DNA from: Nemertoderma westbladi
Taxonomy: Eukaryota > Animalia > Xenacoelomorpha
Length of the DNA stretch: 41,636 bases
Direction of reading: 5' to 3'
NCBI GenBank assembly: GCA_032718475.1
Contig: JAUCBJ010007651.1
Location: 1-41,636 of the forward strand
Both the position numbers and the translations under genes were made by a program. Positions 22,240-33,467 of this stretch are shown piece by piece. Position 1 is the first letter of the stretch, and every line of letters begins with the position of its first letter. The notes below the pieces were generated by a model. It made no database searches and was not told the DNA's origin. It was given only the letters and a program-made list of their open reading frames with translations.

Positions 22240-24387
22240 TTAATGAATACAAGCTTTCTTACATCAACAAAATTGGGCGCTAAAAAAACTGGTAACATAT
22301 TACATATTCCCTTCAGCAATTCACAATCCCAAGATTATTCCCAAATTACTCCCAAAAATCAATAAGTTGTAAGTAGATAAATTTATGCGAAAACAATTAA
22401 GTTAGCATTGTAAGCAGAAAACAAATACCATCGTTTACTTTCGTAATAATAATGACTTATGTGTGTATTTTGTGCTGTGTTTCAAGATGATAATTTATAC
22501 ATCCTAGTTTGATAGCATTCATATGTTCTACAAAATATGTGATCAAAGTTCAGTTTCTAAAATGCATAAAGGCTATCCTTTAAAGAAACAAATAAGCCCT
22601 TTGATCCAAGCTATATGAATGAGTCCAATCTCGAACGCATTTAGTTATTGAGTTTAAAAAATTAGATAAAGCCAGACTCAAGAATTGTTTAGCATGTGTG
22701 ATTATTTAGACTGATGAAATATCTCTGATTTAAAATTTTCCTATTATTTATTCTTACTGCATACTGGTACTAGTTCAGACAGGGTGACTTACTATTTGAT
22801 TCACTATTGTTAATATTACATGATAGCAAAATGTTCTACAACATGAAATCTATTGTTAGCCTTATTTTCAATTTGGTACCAGTTGCACATTAATTTCATA
22901 AACTCATTTAATATGAAAAATTCAAAAAGCCCCGGGTACCATAAACAAAAAAACTAGAAATCTGTACCCCGAAACTTACTCACACATGGGCTGTTTTTCC
23001 GGAAAGCTGACTGTAAAATTTCGGATTTTCATGGTTAAGAAGGGGCCCTAAAGTAAAAGAAATCATTCACTTGGTTTCAGGTAGGGTTCCTGACAGCCTC
23101 GCCTAGGCCTAGCCTAATGCAAAGCTTCCTGAGTGGTGCCCTTGCTGGTGTAGTATGAGCCTGAAAAGGACTAGAAACAACCATCATAGGGTGCCACGAT
23201 GAAAACCGACGAGGATGGACTTTGGCCCACATGAGTGGTGTGCTTGCCGACGCAGTACAAGTCTGAAAAGGACTCGGAATAGTTAGCTGATAACCCTCCC
23301 AGAGAATCAATTAATAACGATCAAAAATCTTCCGAACAAACAGTGCTTACCGAACTCGATCAGATATCATAATACTTTGACCACATTCTCAAACTGACGT
23401 CACCACACCAACAGGTCACACTTCAACTACAACCATGATCATCGGCTAATGCCGTGGCAACCAATATTCTGGAGCTGCTGCGATATCGTTCAAATGGCCT
23501 GTTGACAGAACCATGTCGTAAACAACTTCACAAAACAGATTCTTCCAACGACAAAGGAATCACGTTGGATGAGCTAAAGAATAACCTTATATTGGTGGTT
23601 TCTGCTCTGAAGGCTCGAATATCTTTAGTCAAATCCGACAATTTAATCCTCAAGGAGGGAATAGGGAACCTGGTTGATGAACTGAGTATTGAACGCCACC
23701 AGCGGGTTCTGCTGGAATTACAACTCAGTATACTCAAATCAAATATACAATCAGAAACTCCTTTACACTGCGAATGCCATGGCTAATTTATAAGAACAGC
23801 AACAGAACCCGGAATGGTAAGTCAGCCCCAAACAGAGATGTTAGAAGTTCAGCCCATTCAAAACCAAGACGAATTTATTGTGGTAGATTCCATCAAATCC
23901 CTGCCCGTTTCTCCACAGACAGAACCGAGATCGAATACAGAAACAGTAAAAAGAGTATCAGCCCTTGAAGAAGAGACTCTGGAACAAAATGTCAATAAAT
24001 TGATAACTGTAGGTTCCAAGAGGAACCAACCCATATGGGACATAAAGAGAAACACAGAGGTGGAAAACAACCTCCAGTCATCAAAAAGCGCGAAACTCAC
24101 TGGTGACTTCCACCCAGAGCGACGGGATTCCTCTAGGAATAATAAAAAAATCCACTCAATTATCCCGGCCCAGCAGCCCCAGACCAAAACAAACACAGCC
24201 AGGCCACCCACCAATAGAACATTACGGTCCATCGCGCTACCACAAGGGCAATCCGCGATTCACTCAACATTAGGCTATCTGTCGATCCAAAAGACTTGGA
24301 CAAACAAAATGCAGTTGGGCCAGAATACAGTTTGTTTTAGTTTGTCCGACTGGGAATTTCATCCAAGATACATCGAGAGAATCATCG

Positions 24388-24548
24388 GCATAGAATGGAA
24401 TGGTATCCCCATACACAACATGACAACTTGAACAGAATGGGATGGGATCCTAACACACAACACATCAACCAGCATAGAATGGAAAGGGATTCCCATGCAT
24501 AACACGACAACAGACATAGAATGGAACAGGATTCCCACAAACACCCCG
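24388..24548. repeat. Four copies of a 42-bp tandem repeat
   Basis: a(t/c)agaatgg recurs at 24390, 24432, 24474 and 24516. Confidence 0.85.
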
Positions 24549-24697
24549 TGCAATGGACTGGACGTGCAATAACAGGTATCGTGTTTAACATAACTGATAA
24601 TGAGGAAAGCAGTGAGATCGGTCATGCGATTGGACATAAGATGTGGGACATTCAACACTAATGATTCTCCACCAACACAAATTACATTATTAAACAG

Positions 24698-26170
24698 TTG
24701 AGTGAGTGCGAATTCCTGGGATTGAAGGAGCACTGGTTAAACAACCTCACATGTCAGACCAGCTATCTGCGATTCGATAGCAGATTTGAGTGCATATATA
24801 CAGTCAGTAGTCATATGGAAAATCCAAATTGTAAATGCGGCATGGGTGGCGTCGCTCTCCACTTCAGGAAGAATTTCATGAGGACCTGGTCGCAAGTAAA
24901 CAGTGATGATGATATAATTGGAGTTATAGCTAACATGCATGAGCAGCCAGTTCTGGTGTTGTCATGTTATGGCGCGGACCAATCGAAGGACTCAGAGTTG
25001 TACTACAGCTTCCTTGGGTGCCTCTGCTTGTTATTAACGCAGTACTCGGTCTGCCTCCCGATAGTGTTAATCGACAGTAATGCCGATGTTGGTAACCTCC
25101 AGAGGACGAGGGGACATTTATCCAATGCTACAGCGACCGCAAGAGGGCTTCACCTAGATAACTTCCTGGATGCTAACAACTTGTGTGCCCCTGACATACA
25201 CAATCAATTTAGTGGACTGACGATCACATTCCATGGACATGGTAGTAGGGCTCGATCGGAGTTGGGATTTCGCCGGAGCCAGAGCAGGAGCCAGAGTTGG
25301 ACAATTTGGCCAGAGCCAGAGCAGGAGCCGGAGTTTTTCAAAAATTTTAAAAATTTAATTATTTATTAAAAAAAAAATAAAGTACCCTACTGCCCTATGG
25401 TTATCGTTCGCCAATCGCTCATAATCAATCATACTGTAGGTCTAACTAATTTCATAATCTAAAGATTTACGAATTTTCAATTTAAAATTTAAGTAATTAA
25501 TTTATCACGGACAGATGGCCTGACGCTGGCTGATGGCTAAAAATTACCTACAGTACCTAACTCACTAACTGTCTAACTGTGTTAGAGGAGAGACTGTCTG
25601 ACTGAAGGTACCGTACGCGTACCAGTACTGCAGTACAGTATGCTGGCATGACAGCAGTAAATGGCTACAGTGGTACAGTGTACAATCCAGCAATCATAGT
25701 ATTTACAATTTTTTACAGTAGGGCCTACCTGTGACCTGTAACAGTCTGCTAGTCAGCCAGCTGGCCAGTACCATACCAGTACTTCACTGCAGTACAGTCA
25801 GTCAGTCATTGACTGTAAGTAAATACTGCAGTATTATGCTTGATATTGAAGCTGTAAGGTACCGGTAATACAGTACTTAGGACTATAGTGTAAATAATTG
25901 TTCAGATTAGAATATGCACGAAATATAATACTTTATTAAAAAATTAACTTGGGCAATATTTTTACCGGAGCCGGAGCAGGAGCCAGAGGTGCCAAAATGG
26001 CTGGAGCCGGATCCGGAGGCTGGAGCTCCGATTGAGCCCTACATGGTAGTAACACATCATCCTACATCGACCATCGGCCTCGGACTCATCAGAAGTGGCA
26101 CTGTCAATGATGATGATCCTGCCAACAACTACTCTGACCATGTTCCAGTGTCAGCGAACTTCCGTCTCCC
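24698..26170 (+). pseudogene. LINE ORF2 APE-type endonuclease domain interrupted by a hAT MITE
   Basis: Removing 25246-26049 restores TFHGHGSNTSSYIDH. A frameshift then leads to NYSDHVPVSANF. Confidence 0.85.
25246..26041. mobile_element. hAT-type MITE (796 bp)
   Basis: TIR TAGGGCTCGATCGGAG / CTCCGATTGAGCCCTA. Perfect 8-bp TSD CATGGTAG (25238-25245, 26042-26049). Subterminal GGAGCC repeats. Confidence 0.95.
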
Positions 26171-26653
26171 TACTAACCCAAAAAGGATTGAGGCAAACAT
26201 TAAACCAAAGACTCCTAAACTGCGACAAACAAAATTCAACTGGGCTAAAGCTTCCATAGCTAACGTTGAGAGCTACAGGGAAGATGTTGACACAGCTGTC
26301 GGGAAGCTAATGCTTAACCTGCAGGACCTCCGAGCTAGTGGGGTCAATGCTGAGGCCTTAAACATCAGTATGGAGGAGCTGCAGTGTGTTGTATTTGTGG
26401 CAGCCACAGAGAATATTCTGATGTCGCGGCATAATTGAGCTACAAAGAATGTCAGATTCTGATCAAATCTACTGCACTCAAGTGCAAAGACTACAAAGAA
26501 ACTATACGAACTATGGTGCGAGGCAGGCCGGGACCCCGCAGACAATCTGGGTGCCACCTTTAAAGTACATTATTGAAGTTGACAAAGTAGTAGTTTCTAC
26601 TAATTGTAAAAAGGTTTGCACTAATGCAGAAATTATAATATAATAAAGAAAGG

Positions 26654-26883
26654 ATGTATAAAATGCCAATGATTATACTCAATTATAAATGCCGATTATT
26701 AACATTAAAAGAAATAGGTATTGCGAATGAAACTCGGGCTTTGGAAACAGGAATAGTGAATGCAGAATGTCGGAGATGGAAACTACATGCAGTTCGAAAT
26801 GATAATCAATGCAATGTCCTCTGTAAGTGGCTGAAAGAACTACCAAATGAATTTCGCATCGATCTATGGAAGTTCATTCTACA
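26654..26883 (+). pseudogene. 5' fragment of an LRR-gene paralog
   Basis: MYKMPMIILNYKCRLLTLKEIG...WKFIL matches residues 1-76 of the 539-aa ORF. About 85 bp of upstream sequence also matches. Confidence 0.95.
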
Positions 26884-26949
26884 GTACAAACAGTGAAATG
26901 AATTTTATGTGCCTTTGGCACGTTAAGCTCCTTAAACGCCTTAGTATCT

Positions 26950-27546
26950 CTAAAAGGTTCCAAAAAGGGTTGTCTTTCTTGTTGTATTGTTTTGGTTTCT
27001 TGCTATAATACTGTCATGAAATAATCCCCACAGGCACACGTCCTTCAATGACTTGTTATTTACGGACATCCACAACCCTTCAAAGATAGTGCTAAAACGC
27101 AGTGATTTCTGTTCTTTCCAAGATGTTATTGCTTCCTTCTGGGATATAAAAATAGCGTACTGTAACACCAGAGAAAAACATATGGGAATAGGAAAAAGAG
27201 AAACCGGGTGAGGTATCCTTTGGTCTGATAGGAACCAAAGTATAACCTCTAAAGTAATTTAATCTAAACCAAAATGTTAGAAAATAAGTATTTTTAGTCG
27301 TTTCGTTATGCTAAAAATACTCTGAAAAATATAATAATACAAAGAGGTATTATTCCATCTGAAAAGATACAAAAAAAGGTACTTCACGCTATTGGAACTT
27401 GGCAGTAGTGCAGAACACCACGTTACCATCTGAGTCCAAACAGGGGTGGGACCGATTTGACGCAACTGGTTAGCTGCTACATTGCCCTCGAAACTATATG
27501 GTTGGTTCTGGCGAGCCTGGGATGAACCGTATAGCAACCTATACAC
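26950..27546 (-). pseudogene. Diverged fragment of the unknown decayed gene seen at ~5900-6480
   Basis: Nucleotide similarity of 27060-27250 to 6075-6260 and of 27380-27490 to 6360-6470, with a gap-free peptide alignment. Confidence 0.6.
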
Positions 27547-27551
27547 TACAC

Positions 27552-27931
27552 GAAGTGGGGACTTCGCGCAGCACGAAGTTGGCAGAGCCTTAGCGAATTG
27601 ACACTCTTAGGGGGTAGGTCAATTTATGCAAATAGTCACGTTGGCCCTCTAGCGGCAGACTGGAGAACTGCAGATGGATTCGCCTCCTTTGAAAGTCACA
27701 GCTAATGGTCTAATACATATCTGCCAAGTTTCAGCTTAAACGGATTAAAAGCAAAGAAATGGGAGGGCATTTAATGTTTAGACATGTGGCCCTCTAGCGG
27801 GAGACCATTGCACTGATGGTGTCTGAAAGTCTCTCAAAAATCTCAACTTTTGCTCATATTGATACCTACAAATTTTCAACTTGGCAGCTTTAAATCCGAC
27901 AAAGTTATTAGCATGTCAAAATCGTAACGAC

Positions 27932-27963
<32 letters not shown>

Positions 27964-28050
27964 CAACGACGACGACAACTATTTGCATAAATTGACCCAC
28001 CCCCTAACAGTGTCAATTCGCTAAGGCTCCGCCAACTTCGTGGCTCGCCC
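27552..28050. mobile_element. Non-autonomous element with 65-bp inverted repeats and a (GAC)n tract (DINE-1/Helentron-like or MITE)
   Basis: 27572-27636 is the near-perfect reverse complement of 27978-28042. (GAC/AAC)n at 27927-27979. No TSD seen. Confidence 0.7.
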
Positions 28051-28051
28051 C

Positions 28052-28305
28052 ACAGAGTCTAGCTCAACTGGAAAGTTTGCAGGTGTTGAATATTCAGAAG
28101 TGTGCTAAGAGTATCAATTGATAAACTAATTGAAATACAAATAATACTCTCATAGATCGACATTATTACAAAAAAATCAAGGGAGGTACTAGAGAGAAAC
28201 ATAAATAACTTTCGAAATAACTTTCCGCTATTTCAGTGTTTTTAACAGTAATGGTGTTGATCAATCTGTCACTTACAACCTAAAAGAAACCGTAATTTCT
28301 CATTC
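28052..28305 (+). pseudogene. Internal frameshifted fragment of the LRR-gene paralog
   Basis: Matches ~18907-19150 (cagagtctag..caactggaaagtttgcagg...gaaaccgtaatt). Confidence 0.9.
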
Positions 28306-28334
28306 ATACTCATTCTGTCTCCCTTTGTGATCAT

Positions 28335-28896
28335 AAGTAAGATTTACATTAGATTAGATTCACATTAGATTAGATTTACATTAGATTTTTTTTTTCCGGT
28401 CGACTAAATGCCGAAGTTAATATGTAATACGAAATGTACTATAAAATAAATCAATGTTAATATAAGTAACACAATATTATATAGCCCACCACCTAAACTG
28501 TAAAAACTATACAAATACATTGCTTGAAGCACTGCACTGTTGCCTAGCAACAGGGGACAATACAATTTAAAAAAAGCTGGTAACCTAAGGCAACCCAGCA
28601 CCATCCTCCAGGCCAAGGCCGCTCCTCCACCTAATCCGCGACCCCCTAATACAGTGAGAGGCCCCACGGATCAGAGCAAACTGAACCCGGGTGCGCACCC
28701 ACCCCATCACTACACTGTACGGTTTCCCCCAAGAACTGTGGAGCTTCTCCGCGATTATGCGGAGTAGCTTGTTGGCCTGGGGGGCCAGCACACCGTCGCA
28801 GGATGCAACGAACGGGGAGAAGTCCGCTCGTCGAGCGGTTCCGCGTAGAGGCGCTTCTTGTCCTCTTCGGCGGACTCGAGTACGGAGTTCGGCGAT
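28335..28896 (-). mobile_element. 5'-truncated CRE-like non-LTR retrotransposon (restriction-like endonuclease C-terminus)
   Basis: SVLESAEEDKKRLY / ADFSPFVASCDG / IAEKLHSSWGKPYSVVMGWVRTRVQFALIRG...CIRGSR...GLEDGAGLP*. Poly(A) plus three 16-bp tail units. Candidate TSD TCCCTTTGTGAT(T)CAT at 28320 and 28897. Confidence 0.8.
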
Positions 28897-29290
28897 TCCC
28901 TTTGTGATTCATTCTACATTTCCTGCGAAACATACCGATCAGCTGGCTGCGGTCAGCTGATCACTGATTGCATGCAGCGTCTAGTTCTTATTGCTTTTTA
29001 ATTTTTTACATACTTTGGTACTAACAAACCTACCGGTAAGGTTTTTACTTTAACGTGCTTGATAAATAAATAAATATAATTCTTAACATGGTAAATCTTA
29101 AAATTGAAAAAAAGAGTTATGGTTAACATTCCAACCTCAACCCAAAATAAGGAGAACAAAACCGCTAATGTTTAACTTATGTTACAACTTGCACATACGG
29201 TATGTTTATCAGAATCAATGCATATTAATAAAATCTACTACAACCATATATGCTATCCAATTAAATAAAATTAATATAGATATAACTTAC

Positions 29291-29903
29291 TGATTGGCTG
29301 ATAAGTATCTTCATCTCTATTGGCAATAAATTCCCATTAAAATCATTATCTTCACAGTCATTGTACCACCACCCATTACCATGGTTTTCTGCACAGTTAC
29401 TAATTTGATTGCCATCATTATCAGAATCATGTGTGGTAAAAGGTAGTATGGTAGATCCCAGGCCACCAGTAGGGATACCTGATAGAGTATGGCCAGAAAT
29501 CTCAAGTGTATAATTACTCTCAGCAGAACCAACTTTGAATGATAAATATACATCAGAATGACGTTTATCATTGATCCAGGAATCTATTTTAAGTCGAACT
29601 GGGTTTTTAGTAAGTTTGTAGACTGTACCCAACCCCAACCAGTATTCAGCAGCATGTAAATCTCCAAATCCACTAACATAATCATCCCAGCTACGATTGA
29701 AGTCAGATGAACCATTCTTCCTTTCAAGAATTACCAACCACAGACCTGTGGAACTAGTTTCACAATGTATTTGGACAGTTATTCCATGGCTCTTTCCAAA
29801 ATCTGCACAGTCAGCTTCTTCCTGGATCGCAATGAGGGAATCGTATAGGAGAATGAGCAATAACACAATGATACATAAAGATAAATGGCAAATACTCGGT
29901 AAT
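29291..29903 (-). CDS. Fibrinogen-related domain (FReD) protein exon with an N-terminal hydrophobic segment
   Basis: Lies within ORF 29261-30046. Motifs WLVI..R.NGS.DFNRSWDDY..GFG, EYWLGL, FTT.D.DND and NCA...GWWY..C. Inferred acceptor TTTAG/29903 and donor 29291/GTAAGT. Confidence 0.85.
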
Positions 29904-30039
29904 CTAAATATCAGTACATAATTATGAAACCTATATATCTTTAAGGCGTATTCCAACTTAATATACACACGGAGTAACTTGTTTCTGCAATTTGTTTTGG
30001 AAACTTGTTGTTGGACCCCCTCACACACAGAAACTTGTT

Positions 30040-30581
30040 GCTGCAACTGCTGAAAGGGGAAAAGCCATCATAAATTGGAACTTAAAGTCAACTAAACCTC
30101 TCCAGTCTCCACAAAAAAGGAGACTTCGGCAAAACAACAAAATAATCCTCCCTCCAGTCCTGACAATTGTGAATTTCAAGAAAGTATTTGACACCACACG
30201 TAGAGGTGAAATGCTGGAAATCGCACGAGCTTATGGAATACCAGAAGTTATGTCGTAGGCATTGGATTGTTTTATTGTGACACAGAAGTTCAGGTACTCT
30301 CACCAATTGAGAAGAACTCAGATGGTGAATTTGACGTTTTACAATTCATAATTGTATCAGTTAGCAACACTGCTGGATAAGTAAACATGAGGTCATAGGC
30401 TTACCAGATATACTTTTCTGGCAACCAACACAAGGAAACTGTACCCGTTTACAACTGCATAGACCAAGTTGAAATGGATTCTGGACTTTGGAGAAACTAC
30501 ACTGAGACAACCGTGGAGAATTGGGAAACGTGGAAGGGCTTCATTACCATTGTGCCAGCTCGTTCTTGCTAGTAGTAGTAG
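30040..30581 (+). mobile_element. Degenerate, internally deleted RTE-like LINE fragment
   Basis: VNFKKVFDT.RR.EML...RAYGIP resembles the RT (F/V)DF.KAFDS motif. Ends in (TAG)4. Confidence 0.6.
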
Positions 30582-30702
30582 ATGTTATTATCTAATGTAT
30601 TACATAATAATAGTAAATAAAAATATCGTAAAAGAAAAAAATTACTGTAATGGTTTACCCAAATTCTTGCAGTATAAAATATTTAACACTAATTGTACTT
30701 AC

Positions 30703-31170
30703 TGATGGGTGTATAAGTATTTTCATTTGTGTTGGAAATCTTTCCGCAGCGAAGCTGTTGTTTTGACGACACCCATTGTACCACCAACCACTGCCATGTG
30801 ACTCTGCGCAATTAGTGTTACCATGACGCCCATTATAACGATCCCTTGTCATAAAGGGTTTATTATTAAGAGTCCCTAGACCTCCAGGTGGGAGTCCTGA
30901 TGCAGTATAGCCAGATATCTGCAACCCATATTTGGTTGAAGCTGATTCCACCAGAAAATGCTGGTATTCAAAGTTGTAAACACTACCATTATTCCACATA
31001 TTGATTCTCAACTGGACTCCCCCCTTAGTGAGATTGTGAATATTATTTAAACCTAACCAGAAATCGTAGTTGATATTGCCGAACCCTTTAACATAATCAT
31101 TCCAGGACCGATTGAAGTTTGATGAGCCATTCATCCTTTTGTAAATCACCATCCATTGATCATCAGATAT
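30703..31170 (-). CDS. Second FReD exon (paralog)
   Basis: Lies within ORF 30655-31287. Motifs WMVI.KR.NGS.NFNRSWNDY..GFG, DFWLGL and NCA...GWWY..C. Inferred acceptor (pyrimidine tract + AAG/31170) and donor 30703/GTAAGT, giving 468 nt in phase 0-0. Confidence 0.8.
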
Positions 31171-31258
31171 CTTTGAATGAAATGAGAACAAATTAGAATG
31201 AAAGTTTGTGCCAGTACCCAAGAAGGGCAACCTAACTAACTCTCTGGGTCTTTTCGTA

Positions 31259-31401
31259 GTGAATCTCATTGAATTAGATTGATGCAAAGCTATAAGGTAC
31301 AGACAGGGCCGCGTCAGGGGGGATTTTGAGCATCCCCCCCCCCCCCCCCTCTCGGCGGGCCGGACTGTATCTCATAGCTTTCCATCAATCTAATTCAATG
31401 A
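31259..31401. mobile_element. Small MITE-like insertion
   Basis: ~36-bp inverted repeat cattgaattagattgatg.aaagctat.ag.tacag, flanked by the direct repeat TTTTCGTA (31251-31258, 31402-31409). Confidence 0.7.
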
Positions 31402-32228
31402 TTTTCGTAACTTAGACTAGGTAAACCATCACCTTGTTACTTGGAACCCTTCATGGTGATCAAAATGATACAACTTCTTAATTATTCATTCCAGAATCTG
31501 TTGTGAAATTGAGTTGATTCTATCATCATCATCATCAAATTTATCAGTCTTTTGGTTGTCTGGTTTCTGGCTTCCTGTATATCAAGCTGACAGCTGACTC
31601 GGGTAGCCCTGTTGAGGTGAGGGCGCGAAGCAGGGAGAGGGTTTTCCCTTCCCTTCAATACTAATAAAACAATTTTTTGTCAAATGGGGTGGGGAGGGGG
31701 GTAAATGACAGTTATTTCACATAAAGGATGCCGGGATTTTCCACAATTATGTTGCCCCGGGCCCGCTTTTTCATCTCGACTGCCCTGAATACAGTAGCAT
31801 TCGATTGACTCGTATCAGTGATCCCATTGTGAAACTGTGGAGGCCACATTTTGTTCCACAAAGGTCTTGCGACCAAGAAGACTCATTCCGGATCTTAAAA
31901 GGGTATTTGAAGACTCTGGCTACACCGTCTACCAAATTGTAAATCAATTGCAAATGTGTCCAACTCTGATAACGGAAAACGGAAAGGTCAAACGGAATTT
32001 TCATTTTTTGTTGCAATATTTTTTATATAATTGAAATCTTTTATACACATTTAAAGAGACTGTCCGAAGTTGTCCGAAGACGTTTTAGGACGAGGAAGTG
32101 AAGTTTTTACTTACAGATAATTAATTACATATGGTTAAAGATAATTTTAACATTGAAAGCAGTTTTATTGAAACATAAATATACAGGTAATTTTTGTCGG
32201 GCATACCTTTCCAACTCAACAAAGACGT

Positions 32229-32295
32229 GCAGGTGGGATCGAACTGGTGACATCCAGGTTTGAATTCGTCACTCTATCCATTCCGCTAGCGGCTC
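32229..32295 (-). pseudogene. tRNA-derived Pol III head (possible SINE)
   Basis: Minus-strand A-box TAGCGGAATGG and B-box GTTCGATCC at tRNA-like spacing. Confidence 0.45.
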
Positions 32296-32802
32296 TGATA
32301 AAAGGTAGACCTGGGTACTGCAATTCACGTGCAAGGTCTTCTAACCTGGAAGCCACTATAGTCCGATCCCACTTGGACATCATTGGCGAATTTACTAAGA
32401 TGTACCCAACGAAAAATATATTGTTAAAAAATATGAGATATTTTAGTGGCTGACATCAATGCATCATATAATTGTTGCGCTGATAAAATTAGTATAAAAT
32501 TAGGTTCTGGTACTGGTATCGAATTGATTCTGTGACTATATCTATTGTAAAAATACCTTGGCAATATAATCATCGAGATTGAAGGTGAAATCCGAATTCT
32601 GCTGGTTGCTACTACTGCCGACAATAATAATTGCGGTCAGAACATGTAAATATTGTTTGTTAACAACTCTCATATTCTAAACGAAGAATATATTAATATT
32701 AAGGGGGGTGGGAGGGAGGGGGAGGGGGGGATAGCAATAGCCAAACCAAATATTTTAAAAATTGGTCCCAAAATGGCTCTGTAATGGCCAAAAGTGCCGC
32801 TT

Positions 32803-33466
32803 ATTCACTCAATGACGCTGCCAAAGACAAGATTATGCACTGACTGGTCCTCACGACGAAAGCAATGTCCTGCCACGCAGAGGCGGCTTTGTACTAGTGC
32901 CTGGTTGGAGATGTGTGCATTGTACTTGACATAGTGAACCCGGCGTAGCATTCTTGTGAATGTGCCATCCAGAGATTTGGTGTCCTCAGCAGTTAGAGCC
33001 CAGCATGGACTCACATAGAGGAGTACTGGAACTACTGCTGCTCTAAATAATAGGAGCTTAAGGACCTATTCAAGGCTGCCCATGCCTTTCCATTACGTAT
33101 TCGAAGGTCCTCACCTGACTTCCGGATCCATGATACCAGGTAACAGAAGACGTCCACATTCTCAAGCATACCATCCTTTGAGCTTATGCTCATTCGGTTA
33201 GAGACTTGCTGAGGACTTTCAAAGTTAACTGTCAAAATTTTGACTGACACTAGAAGCAGCCTGTTCCAATGAGCTGAGGAGCCGTTGGGCTCCCTCTAGT
33301 GATTCGAGAGTACTCCTAAGTCATCAGCAAGGCCTAGATCAGTTAGGTACTTGGCAGGATTTCCTCGACTTCTGGAGCCAGTAGGTGGAGTTACCATAAC
33401 CCCATCATCAATATGATGATCTAAGGACATGCGTAGAACATAGTCAACCACAATTATGAACAAATA
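32803..33466 (-). mobile_element. RTE-clade LINE reverse-transcriptase fragment
   Basis: YLFIIVVDYVLR, LTDLGLADDL (YADD region), V..F.YL.S, R.GKAW.A.N.L, LDGTFTRMLR and AGHCFR. Confidence 0.9.
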
Positions 33467-33467
33467 A

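Larger units (their letters stand above)
23400..26557 (+). mobile_element. Degenerate non-LTR retrotransposon 5' half (ORF1 + AP endonuclease; L2/CR1/RTE-X type), RT absent
   Basis: Coiled-coil ORF1-like frames 23454-24431, then endonuclease motifs LKEHWL, GGVAL, DSNA, TF...SYIDH and SDHVPV. Clade not resolved. Confidence 0.75.

Noticed and set aside
28539-28551. RFX X-box palindrome GTTGCCTAGCAAC
   Set aside because: A single motif in the 3' UTR of a truncated retroelement with no promoter context.
29904-30046. N-terminal extension of the 261-aa FReD ORF
   Set aside because: Non-ATG start, a short local repeat and no domain signal. Probably intronic sequence upstream of a TTTAG acceptor.
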